Below are positions 44,141 to 53,720 of a stretch of DNA of 64,000 bases, piece by piece. The DNA comes from Saprospiraceae bacterium (GTDB taxonomy: Bacteria; Bacteroidota; Bacteroidia; Chitinophagales; Saprospiraceae), in the NCBI GenBank assembly GCA_031426435.1, contig JANPLH010000612.1, forward strand, positions 4,022 to 68,021, in the 5' to 3' direction. Within the stretch, counting starts at the first letter, position 1, and every line of letters begins with the position of its first letter. A program made the position numbers and the translations under genes. The notes under the pieces are model-generated. The model had not been told where the DNA came from, made no database searches, and was given only the letters and a program-made list of their open reading frames with translations.

Positions 44141-45890
44141 AGATGTTTTGCTGTTTCTTCTGCTCCACAATATACTCTCCTGTGCGCATGGCCAAGGCGA
44201 GTATCGTCCAAGTACAGTTCTTGTCGCCCTGCTGCACGATGGGGCCGCCATCGGTGACGAAGAGGTTCTTCACCTCATGCGACTGGCACCATTTGTTGAG
44301 CGGGGCTTTTTTCGGGTCGTCGCCCATACGCACCGTGCCCACTTCGTGGATGATGCGGCCGGGGGCTTCGAGGCCGTAGTTGTTCTCCTTGCCTTGAATG
44401 CCCCAAGTGATATCAGCGCCCATCGCCTTCATCATTTCCTGGAAGGTCTCCTGCATGTGCTTGGCCTGGTTGATTTCGGCATCGGTCCATTTGTAGTGGA
44501 AACGCAGCACGGGTATGCCCCATTTGTCCACTTTATTCGGGTCAATTTCGCAGTAGTTGCTTTCGAGCGCAAGGCCAGTGCCCCGGCCCGCCATGCCCAC
44601 ATTGGAGCCGAAGAAGCGGCGGTGGTCCTGTTTGAGCGAAGCGCCATAACCGCCCGCCTCCTTGGTCTGGCCGTCCTTGGTGGGATACTTGCTGTTGATG
44701 CCCTGAATCCCGAAGCCGAAGCCGTAGGAGGGATCGCCCATGCCGCCCCAATACTCGATGTGGTAGCCACGGGGGAAGTCGAGCTTCGCTTTTTTATTAT
44801 CAATCCACCAAGGTGAAAGGATGTGTACGCTGCCAACGCCGTCCTCGTTGTAGCGCTTGCGGTCAAGGAGTGAGGGCATGATGCCGCCCATGGCCACGCC
44901 CGTGGAGTCGTGGAGGTACCTGCCGACGGCACCGCTGCCATTGCCGATGCCGTTGGGGTGGCGGCTGCTCTTGGAGTTGAGCATGATGCGGGCCGAGCTG
45001 CATGCGCTGGCTGCGAGGATGACGGTTTTGGCCATCACTTGGTACTCCTGCCCATCGTCTTTGCTTACGTAAGCTACACCCGTGGCTTGGCCTTCTTTAT
45101 CGGTCAAAACCTCCCGCACCATTGCGTTGCATTCCAGTTCGAGGCTGTACTTGGTCTGCGCTGGGATGACGAGGCAGGACGAGGATGAAAAGTCCCCGTA
45201 AATGCGACAGGCCCGCCCGCATTGGCCACAGTACCAGCATTTTTGGCGACCTGAATTGGCGTCTTTCAAGTCTTCTGTCAGCACCGAACCCCTACCGGGA
45301 ATCACTGGGACGCCGATTTTTTGCCCTGCTTTTTTTATCAAAATTTCGTGGAGGCGGGGCTTCGGTGGCTTCATGAAGATGCCGTCCGGGTCGTTGGGCA
45401 GCCCTTCTTTCGTGCCGTAGATGCCAAGCATCACGTCAATTTTATCATAAAACGGCTTCACATCGTCGTAGCTGATGGGCCAGTCGTCGCCGACGCCGTC
45501 GTGGCTTTTGCCCTTGAAATCATTGGGGCCGAAGCGCAGCGAGATGCGCCCCCAGTGGTTGGTGCGCCCGCCGAGCATGTGCGAACGGAACCAGTGGAAC
45601 TCGGTGCCCTCGGCGGCGGTGTAAGGCTCTCCGTCAATCTGCCAGCCGCCCATCGCAGCATCGAACTCGCCGAAAGCACGGGTGGTGCCAGCGCCCCGAC
45701 GCAGCGATGCCCACGGCGGCAACATCTGGTGGGAGTGCAGTTTTGGGTCGTAAAATGGCCCAGCTTCGAGCATCAGCACCTTGAGGCCCGCCTGCGAAAG
45801 CACATAGCCCGCCATGCCGCCCCCCGCACCGGAGCCCACGATGATAGCGTCATAGACGGTGGGCTTTTTCTTTATTTGGAAATTACTCAT
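44139..45890 (-). CDS. GMC family FAD-dependent oxidoreductase
   Basis: 583 aa. YDAIIVGSGAGGGMAGYVLSQAGLKVLMLEAG (FAD GxGxxG motif) and a C-terminal HEVGTVRMG region. Confidence 0.9.
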   Translation of the reverse strand: MSNFQIKKKPTVYDAIIVGSGAGGGMAGYVLSQAGLKVLMLEAGPFYDPKLHSHQMLPPWASLRRGAGTTRAFGEFDAAMGGWQIDGEPYTAAEGTEFHWFRSHMLGGRTNHWGRISLRFGPNDFKGKSHDGVGDDWPISYDDVKPFYDKIDVMLGIYGTKEGLPNDPDGIFMKPPKPRLHEILIKKAGQKIGVPVIPGRGSVLTEDLKDANSGRQKCWYCGQCGRACRIYGDFSSSSCLVIPAQTKYSLELECNAMVREVLTDKEGQATGVAYVSKDDGQEYQVMAKTVILAASACSSARIMLNSKSSRHPNGIGNGSGAVGRYLHDSTGVAMGGIMPSLLDRKRYNEDGVGSVHILSPWWIDNKKAKLDFPRGYHIEYWGGMGDPSYGFGFGIQGINSKYPTKDGQTKEAGGYGASLKQDHRRFFGSNVGMAGRGTGLALESNYCEIDPNKVDKWGIPVLRFHYKWTDAEINQAKHMQETFQEMMKAMGADITWGIQGKENNYGLEAPGRIIHEVGTVRMGDDPKKAPLNKWCQSHEVKNLFVTDGGPIVQQGDKNCTWTILALAMRTGEYIVEQKKQQNI

Positions 45891-45968
45891 GTGAAGGATG
45901 TTTTTCTTTTTAAATTATCGGGGGGAAAGGTAGGAGAATTTTCTTTTTTGGTAAAAATGAAAAACGGT

Positions 45969-46394
45969 TTAGTCGCCAATCACCGCAATACACTTCAGCT
46001 CAATCGCAATCGGCGTGGGTAGCGAGTCAACGCCCACTGTGGTGCGGCAGGGCTGGTTGTCCTTGAAATACTCGGCATAGATGCGATTGTAGGTGTGAAA
46101 GTCCCGCTGCATATTGGTGAGGAAGACGGTTACGTCCACCAGCGAATCCCAAGTGGCGCCGCTGGCCTCCAGCACCGCCCGTACGTTGCGGAACACGGAA
46201 TGGCACTGCGCCTCGAAATCGAACTCGGTGAAATTGCCTGCCGGGCTGCGGGTGAGGCCGGGTATGCCGTCCGTCTCAGCGTCCCGTGGCCCGATGCCGG
46301 AGAGGAAAAGCAGGTTGCCCACCCGGCGGGCATGGGGGTAGAGGCCGACGGGGCGGGGGGCGGTGGGGGTGGTTATTTTCACGTTTTCACTCAT
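45969..46394 (-). CDS. RidA/YjgF family protein
   Basis: The ATG at 46394 gives MSENVKITTPTAPRPVGLYPHARRVGNLLFLSGIG...CRTTVGV..LP. The track's TTG start at 46421 lies inside a repeat element. Confidence 0.85.
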   Translation of the reverse strand: MSENVKITTPTAPRPVGLYPHARRVGNLLFLSGIGPRDAETDGIPGLTRSPAGNFTEFDFEAQCHSVFRNVRAVLEASGATWDSLVDVTVFLTNMQRDFHTYNRIYAEYFKDNQPCRTTVGVDSLPTPIAIELKCIAVIGD

Positions 46395-46410
46395 ACTGAA
46401 ACCATTGTTT

Positions 46411-46513
46411 TTTGATTTCAAATATAAGATAGACGATATAAGATGTAAAATTCGGGGCTCGTGCTCAAAATCTAAAATCTTATATCGTCTATCTTATATC
46501 TGAATCAAAACAC
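46411..46513. repeat. GATATAAGAT/ATCTTATATC palindromic family (copy 3)
   Basis: TTTGATTTCAAATATAAGATAGACGATATAAGATGTAAAATT-loop-AAAATCTAAAATCTTATATCGTCTATCTTATATCTGAATCAAAACAC. Confidence 0.85.
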
Positions 46514-46538
46514 TATAAAACTGGATGCGGTGGTCGGC

Positions 46539-47690
46539 TTAAACACTGACCCACTTCACCTTGCTCCTCCCGCTCGCAATCACTTTTTCGATAAACTTCA
46601 TGCCCCGCACCCCATCGCTCACGGTGGGGAAGTCTTGGTAAACGGCGGGTGCTTCCACACCATCCAGCCGGGCACGGATGCAGATGGCGACGTTGCGGTA
46701 AATGCTGGCGAACGCTTCGAGGTAGCCCTCTGGGTGGCCGCCGGGGATACGGGTATGTGCCGTGGCCTCCGGGTATAGTTTGCCGATGCCCGTGCGAAAG
46801 ATTTCCGTCGGCTTATCTAACCACTTGACAATCAAGGAATTGGGTTCCATCTGAAACCACTGCAAGCCTGCCTTGGTGCCATAGATGCGGATGTTCAGGT
46901 CATTCTCCTCGCCCGCCGAAATCTGGCTGGCGTGGAGGATGCCCTTCGCCCCATTGTCGAAATGGAGCAGCACGTTGCCGTCGTCGTCGAGCAGACGGCC
47001 TTCCACGAAGGTGCTGATGTCGGCACAGAGTTCCGTGATTTTCAGCCCGGTGATGTACTCGGCGAGGTTCTCGGCGTGGGTGCCGATGTCGCCCATTGCG
47101 CCAGCGATGCCGCTTCGTTTTGGGTCGGTGCGCCATTCGGCTTGTTTGTAACCGGTGTCTTCCACTTTATTGGTGAGCCAGCCCTGTGGGTACTCCACCA
47201 CGATTTTACGGATTTGGCCGATTTCACCGTTTCTCACCATCGCACGGGCCTGTTTTACCATCGGATAGCCGGTGTAGTTATGCGTCAGGGCGAAGATGAG
47301 GCCCGTCTCTTCCACAAGTTTTTGCAAGTGGAGTGCCTCTTTCATGTTGAAACAAAGCGGCTTGTCGCAAACGACGTGGAAGCCGTTTTCTAAAGCCATC
47401 CTTGCGGGGGCGTAGTGCATGTGATTGGGTGTCACGATGCTCACGAAGTCCATGCGCTTGCTTTCAGGCAGCTTTTTTTCCTTCAAAATCATGTCCTTGA
47501 AGCTGCCATAGACCCGCTTTGGGTCTACGCAGAGGTCTTCGCCGGAGAGCCGTGACTTCTCAGGATCGGAGCTGAATGCCCCGCAAACCAATTCAATCTC
47601 TCCATCCAAAGCCGCCGCCATGCGGTGTACTCCTCCTATGAAGGCACCTCGGCCACCGCCGATCATACCCATGCGGATTTTTCTTTTCAT
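46539..47690 (-). CDS. Gfo/Idh/MocA family oxidoreductase
   Basis: The ATG at 47690 gives MKRKIRMGMIGGGRGAFIGGVHRMAA (Rossmann fold). The track's 51-aa N-terminal extension (ILYLKSYILYLKL) is translation of a repeat element. Confidence 0.88.
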   Translation of the reverse strand: MKRKIRMGMIGGGRGAFIGGVHRMAAALDGEIELVCGAFSSDPEKSRLSGEDLCVDPKRVYGSFKDMILKEKKLPESKRMDFVSIVTPNHMHYAPARMALENGFHVVCDKPLCFNMKEALHLQKLVEETGLIFALTHNYTGYPMVKQARAMVRNGEIGQIRKIVVEYPQGWLTNKVEDTGYKQAEWRTDPKRSGIAGAMGDIGTHAENLAEYITGLKITELCADISTFVEGRLLDDDGNVLLHFDNGAKGILHASQISAGEENDLNIRIYGTKAGLQWFQMEPNSLIVKWLDKPTEIFRTGIGKLYPEATAHTRIPGGHPEGYLEAFASIYRNVAICIRARLDGVEAPAVYQDFPTVSDGVRGMKFIEKVIASGRSKVKWVSV

Positions 47691-47724
47691 TGCGATATGC
47701 TGCTTTTTATGACGACTATAGCCT

Positions 47725-47899
47725 TGATTTAAATATGTGGTATTTAATTTAAGATATAAGATGTATGATTTAAGATATAAGATTATAAAGTCGAAGAATG
47801 ATTGTAAATGCTGGCACTTCGCCATAAAAATCGCTTCAATCAATCTATAATCTTATATTGTAAATCTTAAATCAAATGCCACGTATTTAAATCAAAGCT
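47725..47899. repeat. GATATAAGAT/ATCTTATATC palindromic family (copy 4, longest)
   Basis: TTGATTTAAATATGTGGTATTTAATTTAAGATATAAGATGTATGATTTAAGATATAAGATT ... CAATCTATAATCTTATATTGTAAATCTTAAATCAAATGCCACGTATTTAAATCAA. Confidence 0.85.
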
Positions 47900-47924
47900 A
47901 TCCCTTTGCAATTCCCCAAAATCT

Positions 47925-48698
47925 TTAAATCGAGCGAATCTTCACATTCCGGAACCGCACCTCGTGCTCATGGTCCTGCAGGCCGATATGACCTTGTTTG
48001 GTGAGGCCGTACTGTGGGTAGCCCTTGAACTTGGATTTAGCGAGCTGCTCCTTCCATTTTGCGGAACCCAACTCGTACTCCAAGCATTTTTGACCGTTGA
48101 GCCAATGCTCCACTTTGCCGTTGTTGTGGACAATCTTGGCAGTGTTCCATTCGCCGATGGACTTCATGGTACAGCCAACGCCAGCCTCCATATCATAGTT
48201 GTCGCCTGTGCGGTGCATGTCCATGTTGAAATTGGGGTCCATTTTCGCCCAGGTATCGTTGTCAATCAACTGAAACTCTGGTGCATTGTGCCAGATAGCG
48301 CTGTCTTTTTCCTCCATGACGAAGTACAAAATGCCGCTGTTGGCGGAGTCAGTGAGCATGAAGTCAATGGACAGTTCAAAATTGCCGAATTTCTCCGAAG
48401 TGATAAGGTCGCCGCCAAAGCCATCGGGCTTCGGGTTTGGTGTGGATGCAATGACCAATTCGCCGTTCTGTGCGGACCAACCGAGCTTGGGCAAGTCTGG
48501 TAGGTTGTAGCCCCGCCAGCCATTGAGGGTAGTGCCATCGAAAAGGAGCCGCCAGCCGGCAGCGCTCTCCTCAGCCGTGAGCGAATTGCTTGGGGCAACG
48601 GCTGGCGTATCGGTAGCAGCGGGTTTGGAAGGGGCGTTGTTCTGGCAGGAAGCCAGTGCGAATGCCGTGATGAGTAAGGTAAAAAATTGATTCTTCAT
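47925..48698 (-). CDS. DUF1080 (3-keto-disaccharide hydrolase family) lipoprotein
   Basis: The ATG at 48698 gives MKNQFFTLLITAFALASC. GWRLLFDGTTLNGWRGY...GDLITSEKFGNFELSIDF...EFQLIDN...GHIGLQDHEHEVRFRNVKIR. Confidence 0.85.
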   Translation of the reverse strand: MKNQFFTLLITAFALASCQNNAPSKPAATDTPAVAPSNSLTAEESAAGWRLLFDGTTLNGWRGYNLPDLPKLGWSAQNGELVIASTPNPKPDGFGGDLITSEKFGNFELSIDFMLTDSANSGILYFVMEEKDSAIWHNAPEFQLIDNDTWAKMDPNFNMDMHRTGDNYDMEAGVGCTMKSIGEWNTAKIVHNNGKVEHWLNGQKCLEYELGSAKWKEQLAKSKFKGYPQYGLTKQGHIGLQDHEHEVRFRNVKIRSI

Positions 48699-48807
48699 GT
48701 TGTCCAGTTTTATTTTTATGTGAAACTGGGGCAAGATAGAGAAAATCCTTGCGGTGTTCAAAATGGTATGAACGACTTTTTTTAATCAACTGACAATCAA
48801 AATTTTA

Positions 48808-48851
48808 TAAAACAAAAAGGGCTTTCAGCGTATTGATTGCTGGAAGCCCTT
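48808..48851 (-). terminator. Intrinsic terminator after the phosphoesterase gene
   Basis: On the minus strand: AAGGGCTTCCAGC-loop-GCTGAAAGCCCTT followed by TTTGTTTT. Confidence 0.7.
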
Positions 48852-48854
48852 TCG

Positions 48855-50483
48855 TTATTTTTTGACCAATCGGTATCGTCGGAGCACTTTTCGGTCGCCC
48901 TTCACGATGGCGAGGTACTTGCCAGGCGGCAAATGGTTGATTTTCAACGATTTAAGGTATTCTTTGGGCGTCTGGTTAGTGAGTTCCACGCGAGTTACCT
49001 CTTGTAATTTATGGTTGATGACCCGTATGACTACATTGCTGGTCTCCTCCAAGTTGTACTTGATTTGCGCCTCGCCCGATGCTGCATCTGCAACGACGAG
49101 GGGACAGGCTTCCCAGTTGCCTGTTTCGTCTTCAATAACAGGCACTTCCGAAAGCAGGGATTTGGCGGGCGACTGGGCCTGTGTGCCGCCACGGGAGGCC
49201 ATCATCCCTTCGTCGAAGGTGGGAATGGCTGGGCCCTTGGAGGCAATGGTAATCACATCGCCCGTGGGTGGGCTCCAAATGCGCAGGCCGACTGGGGTCT
49301 TGAAGATATTCTTTGGATCAATATTGGCCACCCGGCCAGCACCGTCCGTTTGTATGGTGCGCACTTCTATTTTATCCTTGTCGATGAAAATCCAGTTGAA
49401 CTGGTTGAAGCTGCCGCTGGCACGGGTCCAGGTCTTGTCATCGTCGTTGCTGCGCAATGGTGCGCCCCAGCAGCCCTCGCCGATATAGACCGTGCCGTTC
49501 TCGTTGTCCCGCACGAAACCTTCATCACTCCCAGGCCCATTATCCGGCCGAATGGGATAGGTGCTCTTTACCACGTGTGCGTCGCACTCCACCATGAGGT
49601 CCACGTTGTATTTCAAAAATAGCGGTGCCCAATTGGTCACTTGGTCGTTCTTCTCAGGCTTGCGGGCGGTGTGCGGCCGCATGGGATGATGATACTGCCC
49701 AATGCGCCAGAGGGCTTTCGAGCCGTAGGCCTTGAGGTCGCCTTCGAGCCAATCACGCTGGTCGCCGCCAACAGGTATCAATGTGTTCAAGGTGTAAATG
49801 CGCACGAGGTTGCCGCCGAGCGAGGTGGTATAAAAGCCGCCCTCGGCCTGCATATCAAAAAGGTCAATCAGGCTTTTGTTGCTGTATTCATGGTTTCCAC
49901 GGGCCACGATGATAGGCGTCACCCGCCCGTCTTCAGCGATGGTAAGCTGCCAGTCGTCGAACCACTCCTGCCATTCCATCGGGAAATCGTTTTCAGTGAA
50001 GTCGCCACCGAACATGACGCAATGCGGGCGCAGCTTCGCAACGAGGATGTTGGCGTCTTGCCGAGCGTCACGGTGGTTGCGGGAGTCGCCGCCCGCAATG
50101 ATGGACAGCCTGCGGTCGGGGCTGCTGGGGGCGGTGGTGAAGAAGTAGCGTTGGCTAATGCCCTCACTGTCTTTTACCAAAAAATAATAGGTGGTATTGG
50201 GCATGAGGTTTTCCAAGCGCACGAACTGGTTGTTCATTTCCTCCGCCAATTGGCTGCGGTCTGGGCGCTTACTGAGGCCATACTCGGCGGCTTTTTTGCC
50301 ATAGTCGTTCACGTCGAGCAGTAGCACGGGGTCGGTGCCAGATGCCTGGTTCCAGGCAATGGTGGCCGAGGTGGAGGCATTGCCTTGCCAAATGACCCGG
50401 AACTTGTCGGCCCGACCAAAGGCACTACCGGCCAAAAGGGTCAGCAACAGTGTTTGAATAATTTTCGGATGTTTAAGCAACAT
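48855..50483 (-). CDS. Secreted calcineurin-like metallophosphoesterase (purple-acid-phosphatase-like) with T9SS type-A C-terminal sorting domain
   Basis: Signal peptide and an FN3-like N-domain. GGDSRNH...FGGDFTEND...ARGNHE metal ligands. The C-terminal about 80 aa (IKYNLEETSNVVIRVIN...GKYLAIVKGDRKVLRRYRLVKK) form a Por_Secre_tail-like domain. Confidence 0.8.
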   Translation of the reverse strand: MLLKHPKIIQTLLLTLLAGSAFGRADKFRVIWQGNASTSATIAWNQASGTDPVLLLDVNDYGKKAAEYGLSKRPDRSQLAEEMNNQFVRLENLMPNTTYYFLVKDSEGISQRYFFTTAPSSPDRRLSIIAGGDSRNHRDARQDANILVAKLRPHCVMFGGDFTENDFPMEWQEWFDDWQLTIAEDGRVTPIIVARGNHEYSNKSLIDLFDMQAEGGFYTTSLGGNLVRIYTLNTLIPVGGDQRDWLEGDLKAYGSKALWRIGQYHHPMRPHTARKPEKNDQVTNWAPLFLKYNVDLMVECDAHVVKSTYPIRPDNGPGSDEGFVRDNENGTVYIGEGCWGAPLRSNDDDKTWTRASGSFNQFNWIFIDKDKIEVRTIQTDGAGRVANIDPKNIFKTPVGLRIWSPPTGDVITIASKGPAIPTFDEGMMASRGGTQAQSPAKSLLSEVPVIEDETGNWEACPLVVADAASGEAQIKYNLEETSNVVIRVINHKLQEVTRVELTNQTPKEYLKSLKINHLPPGKYLAIVKGDRKVLRRYRLVKK

Positions 50484-50543
50484 TCAATTTCTTTTTAGGT
50501 GCTGGCAAATGGTGGGGTGCTACCTGCTACTGTTTGAAGACGG

Positions 50544-50726
50544 TTAATGGAACGGTTTGGCACAGCCGTTATTGTTAAAATCTTGTTCAAATTGCCGCCG
50601 TGCATATTCGATTCTGTGTTCCAAACGGCTTTTCTCAATGTCTTTTGTTTTAACTTCGCCCCGCTTTCCACGAAGGTAAGCCTTTTTCAAAACCAGTTTA
50701 CGTTCAAATGGTTGTGCAGGGTTCAA
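50544..50726 (-). CDS. Possible small basic protein (60 aa), unassigned
   Basis: This is the only ORF in the 300-nt spacer upstream of glyA. It is helical and Lys/Arg-rich, with no recognised family, and could be non-coding. Confidence 0.3.
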   Translation of the reverse strand: MNPAQPFERKLVLKKAYLRGKRGEVKTKDIEKSRLEHRIEYARRQFEQDFNNNGCAKPFH

Positions 50727-50781
50727 AACCTTGTCCTAAATGCCTACCGTCGACCGTAAGCCGTTAACCGTCTACCATTTT

Positions 50782-52071
50782 ATGACAACAGATACCGCCA
50801 TTTTCAACCTGATAGACCAAGAGCTGGAGCGCCAGCGCCACGGCATCGAACTCATCGCCTCCGAGAATTTCACCAGCGCCGAGGTCATCCGTGCAATGGG
50901 CTCCTGTTTGACCAATAAATATGCCGAAGGCTATCCTGGCAAACGCTACTATGGCGGCTGTGAAGTAGTGGACCAAGTGGAAGAACTAGCCATCGAGCGA
51001 TTAAAACAGCTTTTCGGTGCAGAATACGCCAACGTACAACCACATGCAGGCGCACAGGCCAATGCGGCGGTTTTTCTCGCCTGCCTCAATCCCGGTGACA
51101 AGATTTTGGGCCTCAACCTCGCCCACGGCGGTCACCTGTCGCATGGCTCGCCTGTCAACTTTAGTGGTAAGGTTTATAAACCCGTTTTCTATGGTGTGGA
51201 AGAAGCCACTGGCACGATTGATATGGACAAAGTGGAGGCACTCGCCATTGCGGAGCAGCCAAAACTCATCGTCTGCGGTGCCTCGGCCTACTCTCGTGAC
51301 TGGGACTACCAGCGCTTCCGGGAAATCGCCGACAAGGTAGGCGCCCTACTCCTCGCCGACATTGCACACCCTGCTGGCCTCATCGCCGCCGGGCTGCTCA
51401 ACGACCCGATGGAGCATTGCCATATCGTCACCTCTACCACGCACAAGACGCTGCGTGGCCCCCGTGGCGGCATCATCATGCTCGGCAAAAACTTCGATAA
51501 CCCATGGGGCCGCACCCAGAAGAACGGCACCATGATAAAAATGGGCACCATCCTCAACAGTGGTGTATTCCCCGGTATGCAGGGTGGGCCGCTGGAGCAT
51601 GTCATCGCCGCCAAGGCCGTGGCTTTTGGCGAGGCGCTGCTGCCGGAGTTCAAAATCTACGGCGCTCAGGTGATGAAAAACGCTCAAGCTATGGCCGCCG
51701 CTTTTGTGGAGAAAGGCTACAAAATCATCTCCGGCGGCACCGATAACCACCTGATGCTCATTGACCTGCGGTCAAAAGGCGTGACGGGCAAACAGACTGA
51801 GGAGGCGCTAGTGCGGGCCGACATCACCGTGAACAAAAACATGGTGCCTTTTGATACCGCTTCGCCAATGGTGACTTCCGGCATCCGCATTGGTACAGCG
51901 GCCATGACCACCCGTGGCTTCGTGGAGGCTGACTTCCGCCGCACGGTGGAGTGGATTGACGCACTGGTGATGGACGTGGAGAACGAGGAACTCATTCGAG
52001 AGACGAGGAAGGAGGTGAATAGGTTTATGGCGGGTTTTCCGTTGTATGAATCCGCCACGATGAGCGTTTAA
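50782..52071 (+). CDS. glyA: Serine hydroxymethyltransferase
   Basis: The ATG at 50782 gives [30 protein letters not shown]...[14 protein letters not shown], which contains the PLP lysine motif. Confidence 0.97.
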   Translation: MTTDTAIFNLIDQELERQRHGIELIASENFTSAEVIRAMGSCLTNKYAEGYPGKRYYGGCEVVDQVEELAIERLKQLFGAEYANVQPHAGAQANAAVFLACLNPGDKILGLNLAHGGHLSHGSPVNFSGKVYKPVFYGVEEATGTIDMDKVEALAIAEQPKLIVCGASAYSRDWDYQRFREIADKVGALLLADIAHPAGLIAAGLLNDPMEHCHIVTSTTHKTLRGPRGGIIMLGKNFDNPWGRTQKNGTMIKMGTILNSGVFPGMQGGPLEHVIAAKAVAFGEALLPEFKIYGAQVMKNAQAMAAAFVEKGYKIISGGTDNHLMLIDLRSKGVTGKQTEEALVRADITVNKNMVPFDTASPMVTSGIRIGTAAMTTRGFVEADFRRTVEWIDALVMDVENEELIRETRKEVNRFMAGFPLYESATMSV

Positions 52072-52073
52072 AA

Positions 52074-52904
52074 ATGACCAACACCGCCACCTACAATATC
52101 CACCTACCCCAGTTCGAGGGGCCGTTCGACCTCCTGCTGTTCTTCATTGAGCGGGACGAACTGGACATCAACGACATTCCCATCCACAAGGTGACGGAGG
52201 ATTTTCTGACGTACATCCGCCAGATGGAGGCGCTGAACGTGGACCTGGCCAGTGAGTTCATCCTTGTGGCAGCGACGCTTTGCCGCATCAAGGCGAAGAT
52301 GCTCATCCCCCGCAAGCCAGTGGACGAGGAGGGCAACGAGATTGACCCACGGGAGGAGCTCGTGACCCGCCTGCTTGAGTACAAGCGCTACAAGAGCGTG
52401 CTCGACGAGATGCGCCAAATGGAGGAAACCCGTGCCCTGCGGGAGCACCGGGGCAATGTGACAAAGGAACTGCAACAGATAGCCACGAAGGCGTTGGTGG
52501 ACGTAGAATTGGAAAGCCTCACCCTGTTCAAGTTGCTGAAAACTTTCGAGAAATTGGTGAACCGCATGGAAATGGACGACAAGAAACACATCGTACACAC
52601 CATTGTCAAGTTCGACTACACCATTGCAGCGCAGCAAGACTATATTTTTTCCAAGCTTAAAAAAGGGAAAAAAACGGATTTCAGGTCGCTGTTTTCGAAG
52701 CTGGAAAACCGGATAGCCGCCATTGTGACCTTCCTCGGTCTGCTCGAACTGCTCAACATGCAGTTGGTGGCCATTACGCAGGGAGAGGGGATGAACAATT
52801 TTTGGGTGAGCTTGCCGGAGGAAAATGAGATGATAGTAATTGAAGCAGACATGCCCAGCGAAGCCGACGAATCACCTATCACCAGTCACCAATCACCAAA
52901 CTAA
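52074..52904 (+). CDS. scpA: Segregation and condensation protein A
   Basis: FEGPFDLLLFFIERDELDINDIPIHKVTEDFLTYI is the kleisin N-terminal signature. It lies 2 nt after the glyA stop. Confidence 0.85.
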   Translation: MTNTATYNIHLPQFEGPFDLLLFFIERDELDINDIPIHKVTEDFLTYIRQMEALNVDLASEFILVAATLCRIKAKMLIPRKPVDEEGNEIDPREELVTRLLEYKRYKSVLDEMRQMEETRALREHRGNVTKELQQIATKALVDVELESLTLFKLLKTFEKLVNRMEMDDKKHIVHTIVKFDYTIAAQQDYIFSKLKKGKKTDFRSLFSKLENRIAAIVTFLGLLELLNMQLVAITQGEGMNNFWVSLPEENEMIVIEADMPSEADESPITSHQSPN

Positions 52905-53368
52905 CTCAACTTCCCCTTCGACTTCATCATCCTGTCAATATCCCGCTTGGAGTCCTTTTCCTTGATAGATTCCCGTTTGTCGAACGATTTTTTGCCCTGT
53001 GCCAAAGCGATTTCTACTTTCACGAAATTGCGGTCGGAGAAGTAAATCTTGTACGGCACAATGCTCATGCCCTTTTCCTTCACCCTTTTTTCCAGCTTGC
53101 GCAATTCGGACTTGTGCAGCAGCAGCTTTCGGTCACGGCGGCTGGGGCGCACGCTATAGGCATTGGCGTTTTCGTACTCTTTGATGTAAAGGCTCTTTAT
53201 CCAAAGTTCACCGTTGATGAAAATGCAGTAGGCATCTGTAAGGCCCGCATGGCCAGCTCGTATGGACTTCAGCTCTGAGCCACCCAGTACAATGCCCGCC
53301 TCCAAATTGCTGACAAAATGGAACTCGTGCGAGGCACGGCGGTTGACGATTTCTTTTGTGGTACCCAT
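52901..53368 (-). CDS. smpB: SsrA-binding protein SmpB
   Basis: VNRRASHEFHF...GIVLGGSELKSIR...SLYIKEY...RDRKLLLHKSEL. The ATG at 53368 is preferred over the track's TTG at 53380. Confidence 0.93.
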   Translation of the reverse strand: MGTTKEIVNRRASHEFHFVSNLEAGIVLGGSELKSIRAGHAGLTDAYCIFINGELWIKSLYIKEYENANAYSVRPSRRDRKLLLHKSELRKLEKRVKEKGMSIVPYKIYFSDRNFVKVEIALAQGKKSFDKRESIKEKDSKRDIDRMMKSKGKLS

Positions 53369-53411
53369 AAGTGGTTTCAAGTTTTGTGTTTCAAGTTTCA
53401 GGGGGAAGGGA

Positions 53412-53720
53412 CTACTTCAGTTTTACAGCAGTCCCATACGCTAAAATCTCCGCTGCATTCTGCATCACCATCGAAGTCATGAAGCGCACGTTAATAACGG
53501 CATCGGCACCGATTCGTTCAGCATCGGCCAACATTCGGTCAAGGGCCTCCTCTCGGGAGTCGGCCAGGAGCTTGGTGTACTCCGTGATTTCGCCGCCCAC
53601 TATATTGCGCAAGCCAGCCATGATGTCACGCCCGATGTGGCGTGCCCGCACGGTGCTGCCACGGGCGATGTCAATCACTTCAATGACTTCCCTGCCCGGG
53701 AGGAAGTCCGTCGTGGACAT
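53412..53720 (-). CDS. YbjQ family (UPF0145) protein
   Basis: The ATG at 53720 gives MSTTDFLPGREVIEVIDIARGSTVRARHIGRDIMAGLRNIVGGEI..., the typical length of about 103 aa. Two further upstream in-frame ATGs exist. Confidence 0.8.
   Translation of the reverse strand: MSTTDFLPGREVIEVIDIARGSTVRARHIGRDIMAGLRNIVGGEITEYTKLLADSREEALDRMLADAERIGADAVINVRFMTSMVMQNAAEILAYGTAVKLK

Noticed and set aside
52901-53412. A search for tmRNA (ssrA) next to smpB.
   Set aside because: The flanking spacers are tiny: there is a 4-nt overlap with scpA and about 40 nt to the next gene. No tRNA-like acceptor/T-arm sequence was seen. ssrA must be elsewhere in the genome.
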